From: Octopus sinensis
Taxonomy: Eukaryota
Length of the DNA stretch: 13,840 nucleotides
Direction: 5' to 3'
Assembly (NCBI RefSeq): GCF_006345805.1
Contig: NW_021826034.1
Span: forward strand, 1-13,840
Shown here piece by piece: positions 1-8,984 of this stretch. Under the pieces are notes generated by a model. It had not been told where the DNA came from. It searched no databases and worked only from the letters and a program-made list of their open reading frames with translations. The translations under genes and the position numbers were made by a program. Positions within the stretch are counted from its first letter, which is position 1. Each line of letters opens with the position of its first letter.

Positions 1-148
1 CGATCTCCAACAGAACCGCAAGGCCTAAAACTTTGTAAGTAGATATAGTAAAGTATATCCACTCTGGAACTTGATGGATACTTATTTTATCGACCACAGA
101 AGGCTAAAAGATAAAATCGATGCCGATTGTATTTGAACTCAGAACGTA
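1..148 (-). mobile_element. Decayed tRNA-derived SINE remnant (family C; central domain resembles the widely shared 'CATCCTTTCGGGGTCGATAAAATAAGTACC' type)
   Basis: The reverse complement of 76-148 reads TACGTTCTGAGTTCAAATACAATCGGCATCGATTTTATCTTTTAGCCTTCTGTGGTCGATAAAATAAGTATCC: a B-box-like GAGTTCAAAT followed by a GGTCGATAAAATAAGTA motif that I recognise from mollusc SINEs. 'gcaaggcctaaaacttt' at 18-34 fits the downstream part of that family. It is diverged, and the family assignment is from memory. Confidence 0.6.
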
Positions 149-193
149 TTTCCTGTATTTAGAAAACAAGTCTTTCATCTTTAAAATAAGTCA

Positions 194-632
194 TACTCTC
201 TTTTCACTCTTTTACTCTTTTACTTGTTTCAGTCATTTGACTGTGGCCATGCTGGTGCACCACCTTTCGTCGAGCAAATAGACCCCATGACTTATTCTTT
301 GTAAGCCTAGTACTTATTCAATTGGTCTTTTTTGCCGAACCGCTAAGTTACGGGGACGTAAACACACCAGCATCGGTTGTCAAGAGATGTTGGGGGGACA
401 AACACAGACACACAAACACACACACACACACACACGCACACACACACATACATATATATACAAATATACGATGGGCTTTTTTCGGTTTCCGTCTACCAAA
501 TCCACTCACAAGGCTTTGGTCGGCCCAAGGCTATAGTAGAAGATACTTGCCCAAGGTGCCACGCAGTGGGACTGAACCTGGAACCATGTGGTTGGTAAGC
601 AAGCTACTTACCCCACAGCCACTCCTGCGCCT
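194..632 (-). mobile_element. Full-length tRNA-derived CORE-like SINE (family A, octopus-type) with internal (CA)n/(TA)n and GTAAAAGA-type tail
   Basis: The reverse complement begins AGGCGCAGGAGTGGCTGTG (A box), then GGTTCAGTCCC (B box), CCTTGGGCAAGT (CORE-like), an internal microsatellite, a CAGTCAAATGACTG hairpin (230-243) and the tandem tail. It is collinear with the copies at 6105, 7108, 7764, 11877 and 13117. Confidence 0.95.
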
Positions 633-657
633 AGATGTTAGATTTAAAAAAAATATT

Positions 658-987
658 TTACGTTTCAGTCACTTTACTGTGGGCCATGCTGGAGCACCAC
701 CGCGAAGTGCTTAGTTGAACAAATTTATCCCAGCACGTAGTCTCATTTTTGCCAAACCACTGCGTTAAGGAGATGAAAAGAAACCAACACCGGTTGGGGC
801 AAACACAACGCAAACGCAAACTCACACAGATATATATGGCAAGCTTCCACACAGTTTCTCACAACCAAATTCACTGACAAGGCATTGGTTGGCCAGGTCA
901 TATGCCCAAGATGAAGTACAGTTGAACTGAATCGGAAACCACGTCGTTGCAAAGCGAGTTTCTTAGTCTCACAGCAATGCTTGTGCC
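658..987 (-). mobile_element. Older, diverged relative of SINE family A
   Basis: Same order of motifs as 194-632 (gtttcagtca..ggccatgctggagcaccac..tttttgccaaaccac..accaaattcactgacaaggcattggttggcc..tgcccaag..gaaaccacgtcgttgcaaagcgagtttctta..acagcaatgcttgtgcc) with many substitutions and deletions. Confidence 0.8.
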
Positions 988-1099
988 AATATCTAATATT
1001 TTTCTAATATTTCTGTATTTCCGGAGTTTGGTCTTTGTGTCAAACATCACGTGGACGAAAGTACTTAGTTGCTTAGCTCATGAAACTGCCGTATTGCTA

Positions 1100-1147
1100 A
1101 GCCGTGGTGGTCGTGGTGGTGATAGTGGTTGTGGCCGTCGTCGTCGT
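1100..1147. repeat. Degenerate (GGT/GTC)n trinucleotide repeat
   Basis: gccgtggtggtcgtggtggtgatagtggttgtggccgtcgtcgtcgt. Confidence 0.8.
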
Positions 1148-1216
1148 AATTTTCATGCCGTTTATTGAAGTAGAAACCGCAAGATATATTGATAAATGTA
1201 TTATCGCCGTGTATTA

Positions 1217-1268
<52 letters not shown>

Positions 1269-1447
1269 CCACACAGATACACACACAAATAAATATCTAA
1301 ACACGCCTATATGCATACGTCCATATGTACCTGTACAATTTTTTCGGGTATACATACATGCAGACAAGTATGTGTGCACGCATATCTATATGTATGTGTG
1401 TACATATATATATATGTGTTTATATATACATACACACATACATATGC

Positions 1448-1506
<59 letters not shown>

Positions 1507-1720
1507 TGTGTAGAAACATATATGCATAAATATATACGTATATATCTATACAAACAGAAAGCTATGTATACATGTAAGGATATGTATGCACACACATTAG
1601 ATATTTCTATATACACATATGTATACACATGCATATGCATATACATATATACATATAAATATACCTCCCACAGTACACATACAGACACACGTACGTATAC
1701 ACACGTACACACACTCACAC
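1217..1720. repeat. Compound (CA)n/(TA)n/(TG)n microsatellite and low-complexity tract
   Basis: Perfect (CA)n at ~1218-1264, (TA)n at ~1448-1470, (TG)n at ~1471-1505, with TA/CA-rich degenerate sequence between. Confidence 0.95.
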
Positions 1721-2111
1721 GCATTGTTCTGTTGAATCCAAATGTTCAGTTGACGTGTTGGATTAAATACACATAATTTTCCTTGGTGTTCTGTCCTTCA
1801 ATTACGTTTCTACAATCTAGTCATTGGATTAAAAGGAAAATAAACAAAAGAAGAAAGAAAAGAGTTCCTTTTAAAGCTTTTACTGACAACAACGTTTTCT
1901 TCATGTAAATGTAATCTTTAGGATTTAGTCTTTAACGGCGTTAGCTTAAAATCTGCCGAGCACCGCTTACCATTGTAGTGTCATGCCTAAACATCATAAG
2001 ACGAAAACTAAGTCCAGAATTATCTGCCGTGTTTGATGAAATAATTAAAATTTAATTAGTCTTGGGTTATTTTTAAAATTTTTATTTAAATCTCTTCCTT
2101 TCGTCATATTA

Positions 2112-2320
2112 CAGGATGCATCAAAAAACGTCCCATATTTTACATGTTGAAAAACGTCTCAATAGCAAACGCACAGTGTGCACTTATTCAAACCATGAGG
2201 GTAACTCAAATACAACGGTGAAGCCTTACCTACTTAAGAACATTATTACATTCTGCCTAACTTTATCAGTGCCACACCAATGGCTAGGTAAAATATGGGA
2301 GATTTTTCTGCCAAAATTTG
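2112..2320. mobile_element. Putative Tc1/mariner-type MITE (~209 bp, decayed TIRs, TA flanks)
   Basis: Left end TA|CAGGATGCATCAAAAAACGTCCCATATTTTAC. Right end GTAAAATATGGGAGATTTTTCTGCCAAAATTTG|TA. There is a perfect 13-bp inverted match (2131-2143 vs 2288-2300), a shared A-run and TACA termini. The outer halves of the TIRs are poorly matched. Confidence 0.45.
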
Positions 2321-2428
2321 TATATATTTCTTGTTAGTTTGTTCATAGTCTCTGCACTCGAAATGCGTTAAAACTAGAATTTACTATATAAATTCCACTG
2401 TATTGATCTAATAAGAGGCCCCCTGTGT

Positions 2429-2648
2429 CAGCGGCTCTCAGCCGGGATTCACATAAGATTTTGTTGTAAAATTTATGTGTTATAAATTGCTTATACATCT
2501 ATAATACATCTTATAATTTTTTTTCATACAATATCAAATAATATTTAATTACAAAAATATAATGGGGGCTTTTTAAACATCGAATGGCTATGAGGGTTCA
2601 CCCGAGTAAAATAGGAATCAAAGGGCCAAAAATAGTTGAGAAACATCG
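2429..2648. mobile_element. Putative non-autonomous hAT (Charlie-like) MITE remnant (~220 bp)
   Basis: The left end CAGCGGCTCTCAGCC and the reverse complement of the right end, CGATGTTTCTCAACT, are each 12/15 identical to the Charlie-type TIR CAGTG(G/T)TTCTCAACC. The interior is AT-rich. No 8-bp TSD is recognisable. Confidence 0.5.
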
Positions 2649-2754
2649 TAGAGCCTATGTGGCCGCTAGGCTTGTTAGAAATAGTAGTCAAATCTCCCTT
2701 AAAATCCATTCTACCGTCTTGATAAGAGGACACATTGGATATTGTATTCACAAA

Positions 2755-2982
2755 CACACTATACCATATCGTATTACATCCAAATACACCAAGCCGTATA
2801 ACACATTAGAACATCTTGGCATATCGAATGGGTCTTTATTACATCATCTTTTTCACACCGCTTCATACCACCATCCATACTACATCTTGTCACATATGCG
2901 ATACTGCGCTATACTACGCACTCTACCACAGCGTATAACCCCATAATAAACCACAGCATACCATACCATACTAACAATGCTG
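2755..2982. repeat. Degenerate pentanucleotide repeat (ATACC/ACATC-like)
   Basis: 5-bp periodicity, e.g. cgatactgcgctatactacgcactctaccacagc and ccacagcataccataccatact. Confidence 0.6.
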
Positions 2983-3081
2983 TTTTAAGGCATGTGCACA
3001 CTTTCCAAGCGGCCCTCATAGTACTAGGAACTCAATTGTGATCTATGTATGATGTGGTTTGCTGTTTCAATAAATAGTTAT

Positions 3082-3250
3082 GGCACGTAGCTTAATGACT
3101 AGGATACTTGGCTCACGATCGTAAGGTTGTGAGTTCGATTCCCCGTGGTACGTTGTGTCCTTGAGCAAGACACTTTGTTTCTCTTTACTCCAGTCTATTC
3201 GGCTGGCAAAAATGATCTGTACCAGTAATTACTAAGGGTCCTTATCTGTC
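3082..3250 (+). mobile_element. tRNA-derived SINE (family B), 3'-truncated
   Basis: A box TAGCTTAATGA (3088), B box GTTCGATTCC (3133), then TTGTGTCCTTGAGCAAGACACTTT (CORE/V-like) and CTCCAGTC..GCTGGCAAAAATG. Homologous to the minus-strand copy at ~9410-9555. Confidence 0.85.
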
Positions 3251-3264
3251 ACTGATCTTCACCC

Positions 3265-3860
3265 GCCTCACTACTCGTTACCCCTCGTCACCTCTCGTCA
3301 CTTCTCACAGCATCACTCTTCGTCATTCGTCACCATTCGTTCATTATCACTCATCATCCTTCGTAACAGCTTGGCACCAATCGTCATTGCTCGTCACTAT
3401 TCATCACCACTCATCACCATTCGTCCCCATTCATTTACGACTCATCACTACTCGTCACCAGACGTCATAACTCGTCCACTTGTCACCCCTCGTCACAACT
3501 CTTCACCATTTGTCTCTAGTATTCGCCATTTGTCATCACCCATCACCACATATGACCATTTGTCATCACTCGTCACCAGCTGTCACCATTCATCAACAAT
3601 CGTCACTACTCATCGGCATTCAATACTCTTTCTCACCACACATCACCCCTCGTTACCGTTCATAAATGCTCGTCACCACTCGTCACCACTCGTCACCACT
3701 CGTCACCACTCGTCACCGCTCGTCACTACTCGTCACCATTCGTCACCGATCATCACCATTCGTCATTGATCATTACCACTCATCTGTATTCGTTACCATT
3801 CGTCACTATTTGTCACCACTCATCATTCCTCATTACTCGTCATTCTTTATTATCGTCATT
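3265..3860. repeat. Degenerate 10-bp minisatellite, unit CGTCACCACT
   Basis: Purest at 3671-3740 (cgtcaccact x4, cgtcaccgct, cgtcactact, cgtcaccatt). The 30-nt translational period LVTTRHHSSP appears in three frames of the ORF track. A further decayed patch lies at ~4210-4285. Confidence 0.9.
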
Positions 3861-4469
3861 CTTTATTATCGGTCATTCTCATCACTTTTCATCATCGCCA
3901 TTCTGTAGCTTTATCTCTTAAAGTAGTAATCAAATCTTCTAAATCTCACGTTAATGTCTAAGGAAGGAGGAAAAAAAGGTAAAAAAAGAAGCCATAAATG
4001 AAGCAAAACAAAGCATGGTAGATAATTAAATTCTAAAATCCTCTCCATATAAGAAGAGCTGATCGCGATTACCATGCTTTTGTGCGCCAGTCTTGATTGA
4101 CTAGAGCTGACCTGGGGCTAAACGAGGACGACAAGAATAAGGATAAGAACAAGAGAACAAAGAAGAAAAAGCACTACAACATTAACTCGTTAGTTCTGGC
4201 TACCATACTCCACCGCTCGTTCGTCCGTCACCGCTCGTTACTGCGCGTTATTAACTGTCACCTCGCGCTCATTATACGTTACTCTACGCCATTAACCGGC
4301 CTCAGGAAGAAAAAGGGCGCCCTATCTGCCACATTTAATAAAAATGTCCAATAGCATTTGTTGAAAATGTTGTTTGGATTAACACGGCTGCTACAATACT
4401 ATCGTAGTTACCTTGTAGATTATAGGATTGGTTACGCGGCTTTTCTTTATATGGCTTCAAGAAAATCAA

Positions 4470-5469
4470 TACGCATACGGATGTACATACTCAGATAGAG
4501 ACAGGCAAACACATACGCATGCGCGCTGAAACGTGTGTGCGAGCATAAATGTACATATAGGAACACATGTCTAGATGTGCATGTACAAGCATGCGTACAC
4601 TCACAGACACATACAGATCCAGCTGCACGTATATACCTACGCATATACGTATGCATACGCAAGCATACACTCGCAGACACATGCAGATCCAACTGCACAT
4701 ATATACCTACATATATAGATATGCATACGCAAGCATACACTCGCAGACACATGCAGATCCAACTGCACATATATACCTACATATATAGATATGCATACGC
4801 AAGCATACACTCGCAGACACATGCAGATCCAAATGTACAAATATATATATATATACGTGCACATATTCATACATATGCAGACACATACAGGACTCAGACG
4901 CACGAGTATATCACACACCTGCAAAAACATATGCATCGGCATTTTAGCACGTATACGAACACACGTCTGGAAAGAAGTGCACGTGTATGCGCACACATGC
5001 GCAGATGAATATGGACCTAAATGAACTTAAACCTCCCCACTCCCGCTTCACACGCGCAAACATATGCACGCATACACAAACACTTGCACCAGCATATGCA
5101 CATATATACGAAGACATACATGCGTGTGCATGCGTATGCATGCGCACACTTGCAGACATACACATGCACTAAATCACACGCGTACGTACACACGCGTACA
5201 CACGGCGCATATTTTATAATATGCGTATTTACGTACGCTTACATATGATTGTGTACACTGCGTGTGAAATACACACGTTGGCATACATAGATATGAATGC
5301 ACAGACACACACACACCCAAATATACACAGATGTACACGTACACATGTATGTATAAACCACATGCATACACACAGAGAGAAACAATGACATAAGCACACA
5401 CATACATACATGCAAACATAATTTTAAACACAAATGCACGCATTGCACACACACACACACACACACACA

Positions 5470-5542
<73 letters not shown>

Positions 5543-5739
5543 ATCATATTCATGCGCATATACGCGTATGTGTATATACATATAAGTGTATATATATATA
5601 TATACGTATACATATATGCATACTTATATATACTCATAAATAAACATACCCAAGCATACATATACATGCATGTAGACACTGAAATATATGTATATACACA
5701 CATATAAACACGTGCAGAGAGAGAGTGAGAGTGTGTGTA

Positions 5740-5770
<31 letters not shown>

Positions 5771-5960
5771 TAGACTCTCTGTGTGTGTGTGTGTGTGTGT
5801 GTGAAGGAAAGAGAGAGAAAAGAATTCATTTAGCCACATATACATGTATATGTGCACACATATCCATACACAGATAAAAACACAAGCACATGCGGAATAC
5901 AATTATTCATATATGCACTCACGCAAAACCACATGCATGCTATAACACAGAAATGCACAC
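4470..5960. repeat. Long purine-pyrimidine-alternating low-complexity region with (CA)n, (TA)n, (TG)n and (GA)n runs
   Basis: Cryptic RY alternation throughout; (CA)n at ~5446-5490, (TA)n at ~5491-5538, (TG)n and (GA)n at ~5716-5820. Confidence 0.9.
4611..4832. repeat. 70-bp tandem repeat (~3.2 copies)
   Basis: 4681-4750 and 4751-4820 are identical, and perfect 70-bp periodicity runs from 4650 to 4832. Copy 4611-4680 differs at 7 of 70 positions. Confidence 0.95.
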
Positions 5961-6104
5961 TTTCACCTCCAGAGGCTCATATAGGACTGCACGCTTTCGC
6001 GTGCATATGCACTCCCAGAAGTAGCTGGTATTCGCTTAGATATCTGCGCACACACAATCATCAAAAGTTTTTCACTAGCATACCGGCAAGACTCTGAGGC
6101 ATGC

Positions 6105-6284
6105 AGCTTGCTTCTCAACCACATGGTTCCGGGTTCAGTCCCACTGCGTAGCACCTTGGGCGAATGTCTTCTACTATAAGCCTCGGGCCGACCAAAGCCT
6201 TGTGAGTGGATTTGGTAGACGGAAACTGAAAAAAAAAGCCCGTTGTGTGTATATATATATATATACAACATATATATGTATGTA

Positions 6285-6330
<46 letters not shown>

Positions 6331-6517
6331 GGCCCCAATCATCGCTTGACAACCAGTTGTATTTGCGTTTCCGTAACCTAGCGGTTCGGCAAGAAGAGAG
6401 TGATAGAATAAATACTAAGGTTTCCTGGTGGCGATCTCTTCGACTAAAACCTTTCAAGGCGGTGCTCCAAAATGGCAGCAGTCAAATGACTGAAACAAGT
6501 AAAAGAATAAATGAATA
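6105..6517 (+). mobile_element. SINE family A variant copy, lacking the extreme 5' end (A box)
   Basis: Starts at AGCTTGCTT..ACATGGTTCCGGGTTCAGTCCC (B box) and includes the internal (TA)/(TG)n, a variant 3' region with CGACTAAAACCTTTCAAGGCGG, the hairpin at 6479-6492 and the tail GTAAAAGAATAAATGAATA. Confidence 0.9.
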
Positions 6518-7107
6518 CACACATCATAAACATATGTAAATTTATACACACACATACACACACATGTGCGCGTGAGCGTAGGATATCATACACTAAGGCA
6601 TATACATATAGACATACACATATACATGCGTACATACACACGTATATACATACAAACATACATACATTCATACGTACATCACTATCACTTAAGAATAAAG
6701 ATGCACACACACACACACACATTGCATTTTATCATATCTGTAACGAAAATGTACACATGCACACATAATTACACATATCCACACACACAAAATCATACAC
6801 TGACACACACACACACATATATTACTCACGCAAGTTCATATATACTAATGAACATATACGTATAGACATATACACATACATACATTTTCACTGAAGAATA
6901 TATATACACATACACATTGACATAAACAAATACTGACATAGATGTATACGCACTCCCATATATGCTGACGTGTGTTTTTTGATATCAGGACGGACATATA
7001 TACGCACGCCAAAAGAATCGCACAGACGAACGTACTCTTAGACAAACTTAAATACACTAATGCACATACACACATATATACATAATGCGCGTACATATAT
7101 ATATATA
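6518..7107. repeat. CA/TA-rich low-complexity spacer
   Basis: Degenerate (CA)n/(TACA)n sequence between two SINEs. Confidence 0.8.
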
Positions 7108-7545
7108 TACTCTTACTCTTTTACTCTTTTATTTGTTTCAATCATTTGACTGCGACCATGCTGGAGCACCGCCTTTAGTCGAGCAAATCGACCCCAGGAC
7201 TTATCATTTGGAAGCCTAGTGCTTATTCTATCGGTCTCTTTTGCCGAACCGCTAATTCACAGACACGTAAACACACCACCATCTGTTGTCAAGCGATGCT
7301 GGGGGACAAACACAGACGCACAAACATATACACACACATACATATATATATACATATATACGACGAGCTTCTTTCAGTTTCCGTCTACCAAATCTACTCA
7401 CAAGGCTTTGGTCGGCCCGAGGCTATAGTAGAAGATACTTGCCCAAAGTGCCACGCCGTGGGACTGAACCCGGAACCATGTGGTTGTTAAGCAAGCTACT
7501 TAGTCCACAGCCACTCCTCCGCCTACTTACCACACAACCACTCCT
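7108..7545 (-). mobile_element. Full-length SINE family A with duplicated 5' head fragment
   Basis: Collinear with 194-632 and ending at ..CCACTCCTCCGCCT (7524), followed by a second ACTTACCACACAACCACTCCT (7525-7545). (TA)n lies on both sides. Confidence 0.95.
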
Positions 7546-7576
7546 ATATATATATATATAATATATATATATATTA

Positions 7577-7631
<55 letters not shown>

Positions 7632-7660
7632 CATATATTATATATTGCATATACATATAT
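7546..7660. repeat. (TA)n microsatellite
   Basis: Interrupted TA run. Confidence 0.95.
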
Positions 7661-7767
7661 ATACCACACACACATATTTGTATATTCGAATTGATACAAA
7701 CGTATACCAACATGCTTACATAGCTATATACAGTAACATAAGAGATATGATCACTAAGTATCCGGAC

Positions 7768-8092
7768 TTCTTTGTAAGCCTAGTATTTATTTTATCGGTC
7801 TCTTTTGCCGAACCGTAAACACACCAGTATCGGTTGTCAATTATGTTGGAGGGGACAAACACAGACACACCAACATATAGGCACACACACACACACACAC
7901 ACATACATATATATATATACATATATACGACGGGCTTCTTTTAGTTTCCGTCTACCAAATCCACTCACAAGGTTTTGGTCGGCCCGAGGTTATAGTAGTA
8001 AACACTTGCCCAAGGTGCCACGCAGTGGGACTGAACCCAGAACCATGTGGTTGGTAAGCATGCTACTTGTCACATACCCACTCCTACGGCCT
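7768..8092 (-). mobile_element. SINE family A lacking its 3' ~80 bp, nested in the mariner element
   Basis: Head, B box, CORE-like block and internal microsatellite are collinear with the other copies. The hairpin and tail are missing, and a 16-bp internal deletion lies at 7815/7816. Confidence 0.9.
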
Positions 8093-8157
8093 TGAGCAGG
8101 GATCGCCAAGCTTTTGGCAAAACTGATGCAGATTCTTTGCTCAACTTTCTCTGTTAT
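8093..8157 (-). pseudogene. Mariner-type transposase N-terminal fragment (pseudogene)
   Basis: The minus strand reads ATA(ex-ATG?) T E K V E Q R I C I, then after a 1-nt deletion F C Q K L G D P C S. This fits the 'EQRxCIKFC.KLG' start of mariner transposase HTH domains, ~165 bp inside the TIR. Confidence 0.75.
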
Positions 8158-8419
8158 AGTTAATGCAACAAGCATACGCTACACGTGTTCCTTCCAAGCA
8201 CTGCTGTAAGCAGCAGAAGTGAGCTAGAACGTTAAAACTAACTGCGCATGCAAAAGAGAGTTCAAAGTCAATTTGTGTCAAGCGGCTTTACTCTGCGTAC
8301 TTTAGCTTCGTTAGTATAGCAAAAGTCCGGATACTTATTGATCAGACTACATATCCATTTTGTTATATCTGTACAGACATTCATATTACACGTACATAAG
8401 TAGCCACGCACACCTACAT

Positions 8420-8610
8420 GCAAAATCATAATGCACACACACACACACACACTCACACAAACTGATATACAATAATGCACTTACATATAAGCATATACAT
8501 ATGCAATCAAACACGCTCGCTTGCATTTCATTATGTCTGTGCGGACACACACACACATCTTACAAGTACATAAATATATATACTCACATTTACACACACA
8601 CACACACGCT
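8420..8610. repeat. (CA)n-containing low-complexity tract
   Basis: Several short (CA)n runs. Confidence 0.8.
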
Positions 8611-8639
8611 CGGTTCCCACGGATATTATTGCATATGAA

Positions 8640-8975
8640 AGCAATATCTTAATATATTCTTATTCAGTGGCAGCTGCTGCTCTCACGTATAATATTTTCT
8701 CCAGAATTCTCCTGGAATGGACATTCTTGGTCTTGCCTCGGAGGTGGAAGATTATATGCTTGGCTGTCTCTTTTGTTTAACTGGGTTTTAGCTGACATCC
8801 AGTGTCCTGGCTCCAAGGAAGCTGGTGGAGACTTCTGTCAGAAATCTTTCCATACAAAATCCTGCACGCATCAGCAGCGAAGTTTTCAGAATTCATTAAC
8901 TGTTTCGAGTCTTTCAATAATTATGCCATAACCACACCCATGCGCTCCATTCAGAGGATAACATGCGGAGATTGT
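8640..8975 (-). pseudogene. Possible highly decayed non-LTR retrotransposon reverse-transcriptase fragment
   Basis: One minus frame reads ..MERMGVVMA*LLKDSKQLMNSENFAADACRILYGKISDRSLHQLPWSQDTGCQLKPS*TK.. FAAD (8870-8881) is one base from FADD, and GCQLKPS*TK (8771-8800) resembles GLxLNxxKTK, with 23 aa between them (typically about 25). There are several stops and the flanking motifs are weak. Confidence 0.4.
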
Positions 8976-8984
8976 CCCGTCATG

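Larger units (their letters stand above)
7741..8351 (-). mobile_element. Internally deleted mariner-type DNA transposon with both 29-bp TIRs and TA flanks, enclosing a SINE
   Basis: The left TIR AGAGATATGATCACTAAGTATCCGGACTT (7741-7769) and the reverse complement of 8323-8351, TGTAGTCTGATCAATAAGTATCCGGACTT, match at 23/29 (inner 22 bp at 21/22). TA lies at 7739-7740 and 8352-8353. A transposase N-terminus is present at 8093-8157. Confidence 0.85.

Noticed and set aside
180-645. Target-site duplications around SINE copies
   Set aside because: No convincing TSD was found, and the (TA)n flanks make any match uninformative.
322-714. ORFs with recurring text such as '[43 protein letters not shown]' (also at 7286, 7805 and 13008)
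   Set aside because: These are translations of the non-coding SINE, not a gene family; frames and stops vary between copies.
2115-2200. Candidate exon (pyrimidine tract plus ACAG acceptor at 2111-2114, GTAACT donor at 2201)
   Set aside because: The donor is weak, the peptide has no recognisable similarity, and the acceptor coincides with the putative MITE terminus. RNA-seq would be needed.
2584-2946. 120-aa ORF
   Set aside because: It starts within the hAT-like MITE and runs into a pentanucleotide repeat; no homology is recognised.
3082-3145. Bona fide tRNA gene
   Set aside because: There is no complete cloverleaf or acceptor stem, and it continues into a SINE body. The same applies to the other SINE heads.
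3371-3908. LVTTRHHSSP repeat protein
   Set aside because: It is an artefact of a 10-bp DNA unit that gives the same peptide in all three frames.
4447-5902. HT/YI/CV-rich ORFs
   Set aside because: Dinucleotide-repeat translations.
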